Part shown: positions 1 through 11,245 of the stretch, piece after piece
Layout: every line of letters starts with the position of its first letter
How positions within the stretch are numbered: the first letter of the stretch is position 1
NCBI GenBank assembly: GCA_002269645.1
Contig: NIVC01003262.1
Span: 1 to 64,000, forward strand
Length of the DNA: 64,000 nucleotides
Origin: Macrostomum lignano
Lineage: Eukaryota
Direction: 5' to 3'
Translations under genes and position numbers: made by a program
The notes under the pieces: model-generated
Told to the model about the DNA's origin: nothing
Databases searched by the model: none
What the model saw: the letters and a program-made list of their open reading frames with translations, nothing else

Positions 1-1169
1 CTCCGCCCACCGGTTCCTCGAGTGCCCCGTCCGCTTGGCAATAATAGTTTTCCCATTATTTATGCGCGTCATTTTCTTCACTTGTGTTATGCTCTGCTCT
101 CGTACGCGCTCTCCCTGTTTTAATCTTCGTGTATTCTAAGTTTAGCAGCCTCAGTTTAAAGTACTCAGTTTTTATTTATTCCGCACCGCTGCACGCCGGA
201 CATCCTCAGTCAACAGTCGCTTAAATTTTATTTCAAATCCTAGTTAAGCTTTCTTGATTGATCTTTATCAATTGACCGCGATAATACGAGTAATATAATA
301 ATCGACAAACCCACATTTATTCGTTCGTTCATTAAGTCCATAGCTTAATCTTGACTTATTTGCCCACGGGCGTAAAACAAACAACAGTTAGTCTCATCTC
401 AAAGAAAGCTCTGAGACCATCAACGTTCCGTAATACGAAATTACGGTGGTGGCAGCTCTACCCTACTGATAGTAATCTGCAGCCGCAGCAAAATTGACAC
501 ATTAATTTACGGTGTCAGAATCTCGATCCGGTGTCACCATTTGAACGACCGTGCGCTCAAACGACCGCTCAACTACGATTTGTCAATCCATGTTTGATTG
601 CAGAGAAAACTATTTGTTGTAAGAGTAACGGAGTATAAATACCTTAAATTATTATATTAATATTATAACTATTTTCTTGTTCTCATTCTCATTATTAAAT
701 TATTAATAAAATTATTATTATTTTTAATATCAGTTATTATTCACTGAATTTTATATTTCAAAGCAATAACGAATTATAAATTTAATAAGCACTTAAGGCC
801 TAACATTAAACGCATTTTGAAATGTCTTAGTTATAGTCTAATTTATTTTAATGTGTAGCGCTGCAGGGCGGTGCGGTATGTGTTAATTAGGGAGACCCCA
901 AGAATAAAATATGTTCAAACAATAAAAGTGATAAGCAAGTTGCCTATTTGTTAAAATCTATATGTCTGGGGAAAAGCAATGTAACAATTGGTGCTCTTCA
1001 ACAATTGCACAACCTTTAATTTTAAAGTAAAGAGTCACCTAGCAAAGCAGGCAAGCTTGGGCTTCAGTGTTTTGCCCTCATACCTAATGTCACGTATAGG
1101 GTAAGATGTTAAACCTCTTGCCATGCAACTACCATATGTTCAGGTTTGTCTAGAGCTTTTGTAATGAAT

Positions 1170-2850
1170 AGCAGTTTGCCAATTGCACGAGGAGACTGGT
1201 GCAACTCGATCATGCGCTGGCTTCCACTCGGGAGCGTCGCCGCGTCACCAACTGCGACACCATGGCCCCGCTGGGTCTCCGGTCAGACCATCGACTTCTG
1301 CTCTGCGACTTGCGGTTCCGCACGACCAGCTCTACCGACCGCCAAAGCAGCGGTCACGGCGCTACTATCGCGCACTGTTGGACACCCGCGTGAAGCGTCA
1401 ATTCGCGGGTGCTTTCGTCGGCGCGCTTGGAGACCAGCGCGAGGCGGAGTATTCCGACATCAGCACCGCCGTTAGAGCCGCTGCGGAGCAGACGGTCCGC
1501 TGATGCGGCCGGCGCAGAAATCGCTGCCCGTCTGGCAGAGCGACCCGACCATATCAGGCAGGCACGGCTCAACATCGAGCGACTCCGCAGAAACCGCGGC
1601 GGCCCACGGACAACGCTTAAGACGCGTTTAGAGCGCCTTCTAGCTAGATGAGCGGCAGAAGGCAGCTGTCGACGACGCCGTCAGGTCCATCACTGCAGCC
1701 GGCCCCGACGTGAAGAGCCGCGCAGTGTGGACGGCCGTCCGGACCCTGACGAGACGCAAAAAGCGCGTGGCGCTGAACCTGGCCGGTAACACCCTGGAGG
1801 AGCGCAGGAAAGAATAGCGCGACTTCTTCGCCGGAACGCGCCCGCGTCGCCGCTGCCTGCCAGTTTTGCGCAACTCTGGACACGCCGCTTCCAGCTAAGG
1901 AGGACTTTTGCACCAGCCCAGTCACCACGGAAGACGTTTTGCTGTTCGTTAGGAAAACATCAGGTGGCAAGGCGCTCGATGAAGTTCCGGTCGTCTACGT
2001 CTACGTCGCATCCGCCAGTCTACGCTGATCATTGTCATCGTTGACTTTCGAAAGGCGTTTGAATCGGTGTTGAGAGCAGCGCTTCCCTTTGTCCTTCGAG
2101 CCTACCAGGTACCCCATCAGCTAATCGACGCTGTCATGGCGCTAAATTGCGACACTCGAGCTGCTGTGGTGACGGCGAACGGCCTGTCTGATCTGTTCGA
2201 CACTTCATCAGGAGTTCTGCAGGGCGACACGCTGGCGCCGTTACTCTTCATGCTGCTGCTGGACTGGATGCTTCGGACCGCATTCCCTCGGCTGACGACG
2301 GCTTCCGCTGCGCAAACGTATCGGTCACCGTCACGGCGAAAAGCGTCTGAGTGCTTGGCTATGCCGACGACCTCACCCTTCTGTCCTCGTCCGTTGAAGG
2401 CGCCCAGCGCCAGATCGACAGGCTGGTCGAGGTGGCATCGAGAGTCGGTCTGGTTGTCAACTACGCTGAAGACCGAGGTGCTGACTGTGCCGTCCGACAT
2501 CACAACGGACCTGACGTGCCGTGGAGCAGACGGACGGACGACCAGGCTCGCACGCTGCCAGCGGTTCACCTACCTCGTCGGTCTGGTACCTCACGTGGAG
2601 GAAGACCTCTGGCGGCGCAGAGCTAGGACTTGCCTGGGCGGCCTTCCGTTCGATCCGGACCGTCGTCCAGTCCGAAGCGCTGCCCGATCGCCAGAGGGCT
2701 TGGCTGTGGCAGGCGGTTGTCGAAACCGTCCTGCTCTACAACGCCGAGACGTGGACACTGACGGCTACGCTAGAGTGGCAGCTGGACTCGGCGCACTCAG
2801 GACTGCCTGCTCTGTGCGGCCTTTCAAGCTGACGAGAGCGTCGGGACCGA
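1170..2850 (+). mobile_element. Degenerate non-LTR retrotransposon (RTE-like LINE): C-terminal end of AP endonuclease plus reverse transcriptase, multiple frameshifts
   Basis: QLDHALAS...SDHRLLLCDL (APE C-terminal motifs, 1199 frame); IVIVDFRKAFESV near 2030-2070; SGVLQGDTLAPLLF; LGYADDLTLL (RT YADD); VETVLLYNAETWTLT (RTE-type C-terminal region). Motifs lie in different frames. Confidence 0.85.
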
Positions 2851-3229
2851 GGCCCTGTACGATCCTGAGCCACAGCATTTCAGCAATTTCCACCATGAGC
2901 CTTGACATACTAACCAATTTTCCACGAATACTTTATAGTTGACATGACGCTTCTTTTTATGTCTGAAATGACGACGCTTCTTTTATGTCTGACACGACTC
3001 TCCTTTTATGTCCGACATGTATCCCCAAGAAAGCATGCATGGTGCGATTCTTAATTATTTCCTTTTGTTAAGTCTGCTTCAGCTCGCACATCAAGTCGGA
3101 TCGAGTAAAGGTCACAGCTAGGAGACAGGTTTTCTAGAAGAAAGCGAAACTACGACGGCGGCTACGAAAAACTACGCTCTTACTACGACTACGAATTAAC
3201 TAGGCGGCACTATCGCAAGCACGGGTTCA

Positions 3230-4115
3230 TGCTCACTGCAAGGCGTTCCGCGAGGGTGCAACAGGTTGTGGTGACGCGCCGAGGTCGGGTCGCCCCCGAA
3301 CGTCAACGGACGATAACAGCAAGGAAATTGTCCGTGACTATCTCTGCGCCAATCCACCAGCCGCAGTGCGTGAAGTTGAGGAGGTTTGTGGCATCTCCAT
3401 CGCAATTCTGTGAGCCGCATCCTCAAGGTGATCAACTGGTCAAGAGTCTGTGCTAAGTGGGTACCGCGTGAGCTGACCCTGAAGCACAAAAGACAGCGAG
3501 TTCAGTGTGCGACGGAAAACTTGCAGGTGTGGCGACAAGTTGGTGATGAGGGGTTTAAACGACTTCTTATCACCATGGATGAGACACAGCTGCCGATGTT
3601 CAACCCACTCACTAAGCAGCAGTCGATGCAGTGGGGGCCCGGGGCCGTCAGCCATACACGAAGCCAATAAAGTCGGCTTGGACGCGCAACATCATGTGCA
3701 CCGTGTGGTTGACGCCTGTGGTGTTCTGGTGGTTGACTACCTGCCAGAAAAAACCACCATTAATTCCGCCTACGGACAAAATCAGCTTGCTCGTCTGCGC
3801 GAGGTCCCCTCAGGAAGCGCCGCATTATGCGCGCCAGGCCCTTCATCCTGTGGGACAAAGCTCGCCCTCACTACGTTGCCGCAGCCACCACAAGGAAAGT
3901 GGAAGAGCTTGCCTTTCGGCTACTCAATTATCAAACTTATTCACCGGACCTCGCCATTGCTGACTTTCACTTGTTTGGAGCGATGAAGAAGCCCATGCGG
4001 GATCGCGTCTTCACCAGTCGTGAGGAAGTCGAGCTCGAGTCGAACTTCTCGTTACCTTTGAAACACCCCTCGTGTACATTGTCGGCAGGTGAGTCCAGCA
4101 GTGCCCCCTTCTAGC
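3230..4115 (+). pseudogene. Degenerate mariner (D,D34D-type) transposase
   Basis: FREG...DAPRSGRP HTH region, CAKWVPRELT, ITMDET, WDKARPH (HDNARPH-like) and YSPDLAIADFHLF, spread over several frames. No TIRs found. Confidence 0.85.
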
Positions 4116-4522
4116 TGGAAATCCGATTTAGAAAAAGCATCTGGTTGGTAAGCCCAGTAATTAGCACGCGTTGATGGGGGCGGCTAATCCTATAATTTCC
4201 TGGTTGGCTAATCTCTATAAGCTATCAGTTTCTTCATGCATGCATGCTAGCTTGTCTCTCTCGCTGTCTTCTTTATAGCCACAGGACCTGGCTGATTTTC
4301 ACATCTTCGCTAATTATCAGAGACCCGATATGAGCTCCAGCTTCTTCAAAATTTGTCCAATATATCGTTGCGCACTGCAGCGCTGAATCCTGAGCACATA
4401 CTCGTACAAGCGCGTCAATACATGCAGTACTCTCTGCATACACAAGCTCACATAGTGCACACAGCGGCTGCGTGCCTTATAAGGGGTTGGCCATCAGGGT
4501 TGCGAATCGCACAACTCCTGGA

Positions 4523-4878
4523 TAGGGGCATTGCCATGAATTTTATGGTGGGGGACAAAGCCAAGAATTCAACATGTACATGACTAATTTTTGACACTCA
4601 TTTTGGCGCCGCAGGCAATCATTTTAGCGCCGCAGGCAATCATTTTAGCGCCGCAGGCACTCATTTTAGCGCCGCAGGCACTCATTTTAGCGCCGCAGGC
4701 ATTCTTTTTAGCGCCGCAAGCACTCATTTTGGCGCCGAAGGCGCTATATTTTGGCGCCCTGAAGAAATACTATTAATTACCACAACGACTCACAACGTGG
4801 GGTGGGGGGGACAAAGCATTGGCATGTCCCCCCCCCTGTCCCCCCCGGTGGCGACGGGGCGCCAACCGGCGACGCCTG
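4523..4878. mobile_element. hAT-type MITE with 8-bp TSD, carrying an internal 21-bp tandem array
   Basis: CTCCTGGA is duplicated at 4515-4522 and 4879-4886; imperfect TIRs TAGGGGCATTGCC / CAGGCGTCGCC (reverse complement of the right end). 8-bp TSDs and (T/C)AGGG termini are typical of hAT. Confidence 0.7.
4595..4760. repeat. 21-bp tandem repeat (CACTCATTTTAGCGCCGCAGG), about 7-8 copies
   Basis: Direct inspection; translates as ILAPQA repeats in ORF 4591-4776. Confidence 0.9.
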
Positions 4879-5232
4879 CTCCTGGACCACGTTTTCGAGC
4901 ACACAAGCCCCGAATGAATGTGTGACAACCAAACCAGGGATCCTGCCTGACTCAAGCAGTGCTGCTTGTTAGGGCAGAAAAACCGAGAATAACAGAGAAA
5001 GTAGACATACTATATAAGAGAGAAATACAGGGAAGGAAATGAGGGACAGGAGAGAGAAGCTGACGGAAAACAAAATTTGCTTTCGCCCCATTGTAGTTTT
5101 TTAGTAAGCGAAAATGCAACACTAATTTCATAAAATCGAAAACTCAAATAGCAGCCACTTTCACAAGGTCGAAACTTCACAAGGTCGAAATTTCACAACG
5201 TAGAAAACTACTGTATAGTTCTTGTTATATTA

Positions 5233-5678
5233 AGTTTTCGATGTCGTCGTGAAATTTCGACCTTATGAAGTCTCTTACCAGAGTTTTCGATGTTGTGAAA
5301 TTTCGACCTTGTGAAGTCTCTACCAGAGTTTTCGATGTTGTGAAATTTCGACCTTATGAAGTCTCTACCAGAGTTTTCGATGTTGTGAAATTTCGACCTT
5401 TTGAAGTCTCTACCAGAGTTTTCGATGTTGTGAAATTTCGACCTTGTGAAGTCTCTACCAGAGTTTTCGATGTTGTGAAATTTCGACCTTTTGAAGTCTC
5501 TACCAGAGTTTTCGATGTTGTGAAATTTCGACCTTGTGAAGTCTCTACCAGAGTTTTCGATGTTGTGAAATTTCGACCTTATGAAGTCTCTACCAGAGTT
5601 TTCGATGTTGTGAAATTTCGACCTTGTGAAGTCTCTTACTAGAGTTTTCGATGTTGTGAAATTTCGATCTCGTGAAAG
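5233..5678. repeat. 45-bp tandem array (GAGTTTTCGATGTTGTGAAATTTCGACCTTGTGAAGTCTCTACCA), about 10 copies, with inverted partial copies at about 5126-5208
   Basis: 15-aa periodicity in ORFs 5265-5642 and 5208-5681; the upstream CTTTCACAAGGTCGAAATTTCACAAC is the reverse complement of the unit. Confidence 0.9.
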
Positions 5679-6411
5679 CACTCCGTTTTTTCAGCCTTTT
5701 TCTGGCGTGTGCTCATCGAAGAGCTTCCATGAGCTTCTCACTGTGATCAAGCCTGTCTTTTATTCTACGAGCTCTAGATGTTCCTTCAGGACTAACGTCT
5801 TGTACGTGATGCTTTGCTATGCCAGCTGGATTTTATCCACGAGTAGGCAGGCTTACGAGGGGCCTCTGTCTCTGCAAGGCCTTGTTGAATCTTCTGCTAC
5901 TTCAGTCGCTTCATTTCCGCTGCACCTGCATTTTAGGCAGAATGAACAATTGTGCATCAGAGATCTCGAAGTCCACACGCATGTCAGCAGCAGCTAATCT
6001 CAATGTCTGAGACTGGCTACATCAGAGCCTTTGCAACTCCAAGCGAGTAGGATTCATCTATACGTAGTACTTTGCAGATTGCTTGCAAGACAATCGAAAA
6101 ATGCTATTGCAGTCTGATTAGAATTCGTGCTTCGCTTTCTGTGTTTACAGCTTGCAGAACAAGCATGAATAAAAACAATGGAAGAGAGCTACGCCAAAAG
6201 TTCATGGGCTTAGCAGCCTCAGCAGCCTGACAGTTCTCCCAGCAAATAGGATTCCATCAGGTCAGATATTCCTACACTCCCCTACAATACGATCGAACCA
6301 GATTTAAGGTTCGACAAAAACCCGAGTACATGTAAGACCTCTCCATCCATCCAAATTAAACCTATTAGATATCGTTTCAGATTAGCCAAGCATGACCACC
6401 TGGCACTGGCA

Positions 6412-7038
6412 ATGCTGGTAGGCAATTCCACCACGACAAATTGTCGATCCGACCAAGGCGATTCAAATTCAAGCCGATTAACGAACGAGACAACTCCAAC
6501 AGGGAGCTCGGCGATGCTCAACCCGCTCATGTACAGCGGGTTCATGACCGGCCTAGCCAGCATCAACCTGATGGTGAACAGCTGCGGCCTGTACCTCTGC
6601 CAGCGTCGGTTGAGCCGCGATTCGGCGATGTGGCGCCGCCAGCCGGGACTTCGGGCGACCCTGCGCCTGCTGGTCCGGCTGGCGGCCTGCGAGATCGGCT
6701 TCAACGCGGCGCTGCTCAGCCATTTCTTACTCAGCGCGCTACTGATGGCGCCAGCCAGGGCGCCGAGCGTGTCAGCGACTGCGGCCGGCCTGGCCACCGG
6801 CCTGATGGCTGCCAGCGTGCCGGCCCTGGTCGGCTGCCAGTGCCTGCGCAACTGGACGGTGGTGTTCATCGCCGGCCTGCGTCTGGCCGCCGTGGCGTCG
6901 CCGCACACGCAGTTCCCAGCCTGGAGGCGACGGCTGACCTGGCCGGTGTTCCCGGCTGCCGCCTGCCTGGCATTCTGCCTGGCTTTGCCGCGAGCATTCG
7001 AGCATCTGTACGTGTACTGCCCGGATGGCCAGCAGCTG
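6412..7038 (+). CDS. Orphan rhodopsin-like (class A) 7TM GPCR, exon 1 (N-terminus, TM1-TM4)
   Basis: ATG 6412; N-terminus has NST/NSS/NET glycosylation sequons; hydrophobic TM segments; TM3 ends CLRNWTVVFIAGLRLAAV; TM4 CLALPRAFE; phase-0 donor CTG|GTGAGA at 7039. Confidence 0.8.
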
Positions 7039-7049
7039 GTGAGAGCTTG

Positions 7050-7638
7050 TCAGTCAGTAAGTCAGTGAGTCAGTCAGTGAGTCAGTGAGTCAGTCAGTGA
7101 GTCAGTGAGTCAGTCAGTGAGTCAGTCAGTGAGTCAGTCAGTGAGTTAGTGAGTCAGTGAGTCAGTCAGTGAGTCAGTTAGTGAGTCAGTGAGTCAGTTA
7201 GTGAGTCAGTCAGTGAGTCAGTCAGTCAGTGAGTCAGTCAGTGAGTCAGTCAGTCAGTGAGTCAGTCAGTCAGTCAGTGAGTCAGTCAGTGAGTCAGTGA
7301 GTCAGTGAGTCAGTCAGTCAGTGAGTCAGTCAGTGAGTCAGTGAGTCAGTGAGTCAGTCAGTCAGTGAGTCAGTCAGTGAGTCAGTTAGTGAGTCAGTCA
7401 GTGAGTCAGTGAGTCAGTCAGTCAGTGAGTCAGTCAGTGAGTCAGTCAGTGAGTGAGTCAGTCAGTGAGTCAGTCAGTGAGTGAGTCAGTGAGTGAGTCA
7501 GTGAGTCAGTGAGTCAGTCAGTGGGTCAGTGAGTCAGTCAGTCAGTGAGTCAGTCAGTGAGTCAGTCAGTGAGTCAGTCAGTGAGTCAGTGAGTCAGTCA
7601 GTGAGTCAGTGAGTCAGTGAGTCAGTCAGTGAGTCAGT
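7050..7638. repeat. Compound (GAGT/CAGT)n tetranucleotide microsatellite filling the GPCR intron
   Basis: Direct inspection. Confidence 0.95.
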
Positions 7639-7654
7639 CTCTCTCCCTCCCCAG

Positions 7655-8158
7655 TCATCGGCAGGCGCCATCACTGATCAGCTGGCGTCGCCCCTGCTGG
7701 CCAGCCCAGCCTACAGAGCTGCTTACCTGGCGGCCGCAATGTTCCTGGCCCAGTCTGGCGGTCCGGTAGCCCTGGTGCTGCTGTTCTCAGCCGCCAGCTG
7801 CCTCGCCCTGCTCAGGCGCAGACCAACCACTGCAGCTTTAAGGTCGAGAGTGAACCGGACCGTAGCGGCCCTGTCCGCAGTGTTCTGCCTGCTGGAGCTG
7901 CCCACCTTCCTGTCCAAGTTGGACGCGGCTCTGGGCGTCTTGCCAGCCGGTCCGAGCGACTGCCTGATGGTGGCGGCCAACGTGATGACCGGCCTGGACT
8001 CGGCGGCGAACTGCTTCATCTACATCCTGGCCAATCCCAGCCTCCGAGTGAGGCAGCACCAGCGGCAGCAGCTGCAGCTTGTGCAGCTGACGAGAGTTCG
8101 CCGTCAATCGAATTTGATCGGTCCATCAGATCTCATTAGCAGATTGGAGTTTATTTAG
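7655..8158 (+). CDS. Orphan class A GPCR, exon 2 (TM5-TM7, C-tail); about 376 aa spliced
   Basis: Acceptor CTCTCCCTCCCCAG| at 7653-7654 is in frame with ORF 7739-8158 (84 nt upstream); TM6 ALSAVFCLLELP; TM7 DSAANCFIY (NPxxY-like); stop TAG 8156-8158. Confidence 0.8.
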   Translation, partial: SSAGAITDQLASPLLASPAYRAAYLAAAMFLAQSGGPVALVLLFSAASCLALLRRRPTTAALRSRVNRTVAALSAVFCLLELPTFLSKLDAALGVLPAGPSDCLMVAANVMTGLDSAANCFIYILANPSLRVRQHQRQQLQLVQLTRVRRQSNLIGPSDLISRLEFI

Positions 8159-8592
8159 ATTAATCATTTCTCGGACAGGTAATCTGTGGATTAATTAACT
8201 GCTCGGAGTAGAAGTGCATGTGCAGGTTGTGGCCAATTATATGACGATTGCGACGCAAATCGAGTTCAATGTCAAGAGTATTAAAGTACTAAACTCGCCT
8301 CGGTTCGATTCCGCCACTTTCGTCCGCCACTTCCGTCATTAATTAATGGGTTTTGTGTTCCGAAAACTAGCTGGCCATAGCAATGGCCGGGTTGTCATAC
8401 AATTCCAATCATCAAGGCAGTGAAGGTCGCTGTACACCCCTGTGCGAGCGAGTGTACGGCTGCTTGTGCACACCAAAGTCAGTGGAATGCATGAATGTAT
8501 ATTATTCTTTTAATAATAATCTATTTTTATTATTAAAAACACTTCGCTGCTTAAAATTTCGAGTCAATATGAATTTCCACTTATTTTATCCC

Positions 8593-9018
8593 TGTGACGG
8601 TGTCGCATTCTGTCTGTCCGATACTTTATGGATTATTCGAGCGTAACATTGACATTTGTGATTGTTTAATGTAATATTAATTAATTAACCTGATCTATTC
8701 ATATCTAATCTAATCAGTACTTAAGTTTGGTTTAATTGTATCTCAAAAGTGAATTATTTTGAAGCGTGATTATTGTCTCTTTGTTTCCGTCTGCTCTGCT
8801 CTCTTCTCTCTGACCAATCACACGCTACGGTCTCTACTGCGAAGACTCAATCTATTACGAGTACATGCTAGACTAAAGGCCCTTCATGAGATTCCTTCAT
8901 TATATTATGCGTTTAATACTACAGAAGCCTGCCCCTTTCGATTGTAAAACAGCTTTCAATTACGAGCGTAAATAAAAATTATACATTCTCAGCAACGACT
9001 ACTTCTCACCTCGTCACA
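8593..9018. mobile_element. Solo LTR (426 bp), Gypsy-like
   Basis: Termini TGTGACG...CGTCACA form a perfect 7-bp inverted repeat; 4-bp TSD TCCC at 8589-8592 and 9019-9022; AATAAA near 8971. Confidence 0.75.
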
Positions 9019-9876
9019 TCCCTATTAAGCTACTTTATAATCGTCTAAAATCCCTAAATTCCGCCCTATACTTTAACATCATGTACTTTCCGGCTCTGAA
9101 GATCTCAGAGTTCCAATTTTTATCGCACATAGTAGTATTCTTATATTTAGCTTTCTAAGATTCTTGCTGATTCTGGTTGATCAAGAAATGTATATTCAGT
9201 TTAAATCTATCTGCATAATTAGTTGTCAAAACCGCAAACTAAATGAGATAAGCCAAGAGCCAGTATTAAAGTAAATTATAAGTATTTTCTAATACTTATT
9301 AATTTATTGATCTTGGCAAATAAAAAGCACACGGGCTCGCAATAGGTAATGACGAGCCCACACAGAATTAATAAGATAATGAGAGAAATTATGCATAACA
9401 ATTAACCCTTTAGGGGACAATTTGTTTAATAAATAAGAAAATAAAATAAACAAAAATAGATGAAATCTAGAGTAAACTCTGAAAATAAAAAGCTTGTTAA
9501 AACTAGTTATACAATAGCGAGATAAGCAAGTATCTAATGTACTTTACTTATATACAAAACTTAATTGTAAATCATTACGATATAAGATTGGTTTTAACAT
9601 GTATTAAATACAGTAATAATTATAAATAATTATATTTAGTTGACAAGCTAACCGTTTGCATGCAAAAAATGAATATAAAGAAATCAGTAGACACAAGAAA
9701 ATTACATCGGTTCTGACAGTAATTAGATAGCATAACTATTTTGAGCCACAAAGTTATACGGGACCAATTCATGCAATGAAAATTATCACACAATATATGG
9801 TTTATTAAAAATCTTTTATACAACTTCAACGATACAGTGGCTTTAGTTAATAAAAGGTGCCAACCTTCAGAGCATT

Positions 9877-10570
9877 TTGAAGTGCCGTAATCGCCCCTTT
9901 AAAATTCCGCAAACCCCTCTTGAAGTGGCGCAATTCCCCCTTTTGAAGTGCCGCAATCCCCCCTTGAAGTGCCGCAATCCCCCCTTTGAAGTGCCGCAAT
10001 CCCCCCTTTGAAGTTCCGCCAATACCCTTCTTTGAAGTGCCGCAATCCCCCTTTGAAGTGTCACAATCCCCCTTTGAAGTGCCGCAATCCCCCCTTTGAA
10101 GTTCCGCCAATTCCCTTCTTTGAAGTGCCGCAATCCCCCCTTTGAAGTTCCGCCAATTCCCTTCTTTGAAGTGCCGCAATCCCCCCTTTGAAGTGCCGCA
10201 ATCCCCCCTTTGAAGTTCCGCCAATACCCTTCTTTGAAGTGCCGCAATCCCCCCTTTGAAGTGTCACAATCCCCCTTTGAAGTGCCGCAATCCCCCCTTT
10301 GAAGTTCCGCCAATTCCCTTCTTTGAAGTGCCGCAATCCCTCTTTGAAGTGCCGCAATCCCCCCTTTTAAGTGCCGCAAATCCCCCTCTGAAGTGCCGCA
10401 ATCCACCTTTGAAGAGCCGCAATCCCCCTTTGAAGTGCCGCAATCCCCCTTTGAAGTGCCGCAATCCCCCTTTGAAGTGCCACAATCTCCCTTTTGAAGT
10501 GCCGCGATCCCCCTTTGAAGTGCAGCAATCCCCCCTTTGAATTGCCGCAATCCATCTTCTGAAGTGCCGC
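9877..10570. repeat. 21-22-bp minisatellite (TTTGAAGTGCCGCAATCCCCC), about 30 copies
   Basis: Direct inspection; the repetitive ORFs 9847-10550 are by-products. Confidence 0.9.
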
Positions 10571-10671
10571 AGTCCTACTAATGAGCCTGTATAAATATTA
10601 ACAAGCAGTCGCAGTCCAAGCACAAGACTAACAAGCAACTCAGAGCAAGCAGGCAAATCAATCAGTGTTAG

Positions 10672-11124
10672 TCAGGCGTCAGCGCCATGGCTATGCCTGG
10701 CAAAGCATGGCTGGCACACTCTGCACTTGTCGTGCAGAAACTGGTTAGGCAGCGGCATGTACTGATCGCAGCACCTGTAGCAGAACACGTCGCCACAGGC
10801 TCTGCAGTGATGCCGACGCAACAATTGATTAAAGCTGGCGTGACAATTGGCGCACGTGTGACGCAGATGGTCCGGCACCCAGCGGACAATGCCGCCTTCG
10901 TCGCAATTGTCAACAAACTCGGCGCTCTCCATGCTGGGCTCCGACAGGGAACTGCTGGCGCTGCTTCGGCACCGGCTGCTGGCGTTCCCTGGACCGCCTG
11001 ACTGTCGCTGCTGCTGTTGCTCACCCTCAGCAGCTGCGGCCGCTTGAGCATCAAGGCGCTCCTGAAGATACTGTCTGGTTCGCTCGGCCTGGCTCAGCTC
11101 CCGTCTGAGCTGACGCAACTGGTC
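10672..11124 (-). CDS. MTMR3: Myotubularin-related protein 3/4-like, last exon (coiled coil plus FYVE finger); 5' boundary uncertain
   Basis: WVPD...CANC...RRHHCRACGDVFC...RVCQPCF is a canonical FYVE; heptad stretch QLRQLRRELSQAERTRQYLQERL; stop TGA 10672-10674. The phase-0 acceptor ATATGCAG|GAC at 11125 was chosen to match the phase-0 donor of the previous exon; missed small exons are possible. Confidence 0.8.
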   Translation of the reverse strand, partial: DQLRQLRRELSQAERTRQYLQERLDAQAAAAAEGEQQQQRQSGGPGNASSRCRSSASSSLSEPSMESAEFVDNCDEGGIVRWVPDHLRHTCANCHASFNQLLRRHHCRACGDVFCYRCCDQYMPLPNQFLHDKCRVCQPCFARHSHGADA

Positions 11125-11245
11125 CTGCATATTGAGCGCATAAAGCATATTGGCTTTGTTCGGCCTGTCTGCACTGACCAAGCTTCCGTTTTCTATGCAC
11201 ATTCCAATTCCAACTAACCTATATATGTTGGATAATCCCACCCCT

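Noticed and set aside
1-460. Possible LTR end sharing GCCCACGGGCG with 40403-40413
   Set aside because: Only an 11-bp match; no TSD or TG...CA pair could be defined.
8296-8320. GGTTCGATTCC B-box at 8302-8312 as a tRNA gene
   Set aside because: No A-box at proper spacing and no cloverleaf; at most a SINE remnant.
9847-10656. GGLRHFK / GDCGTSK repeat ORFs
   Set aside because: Overlapping frames of one minisatellite; no coding signature.
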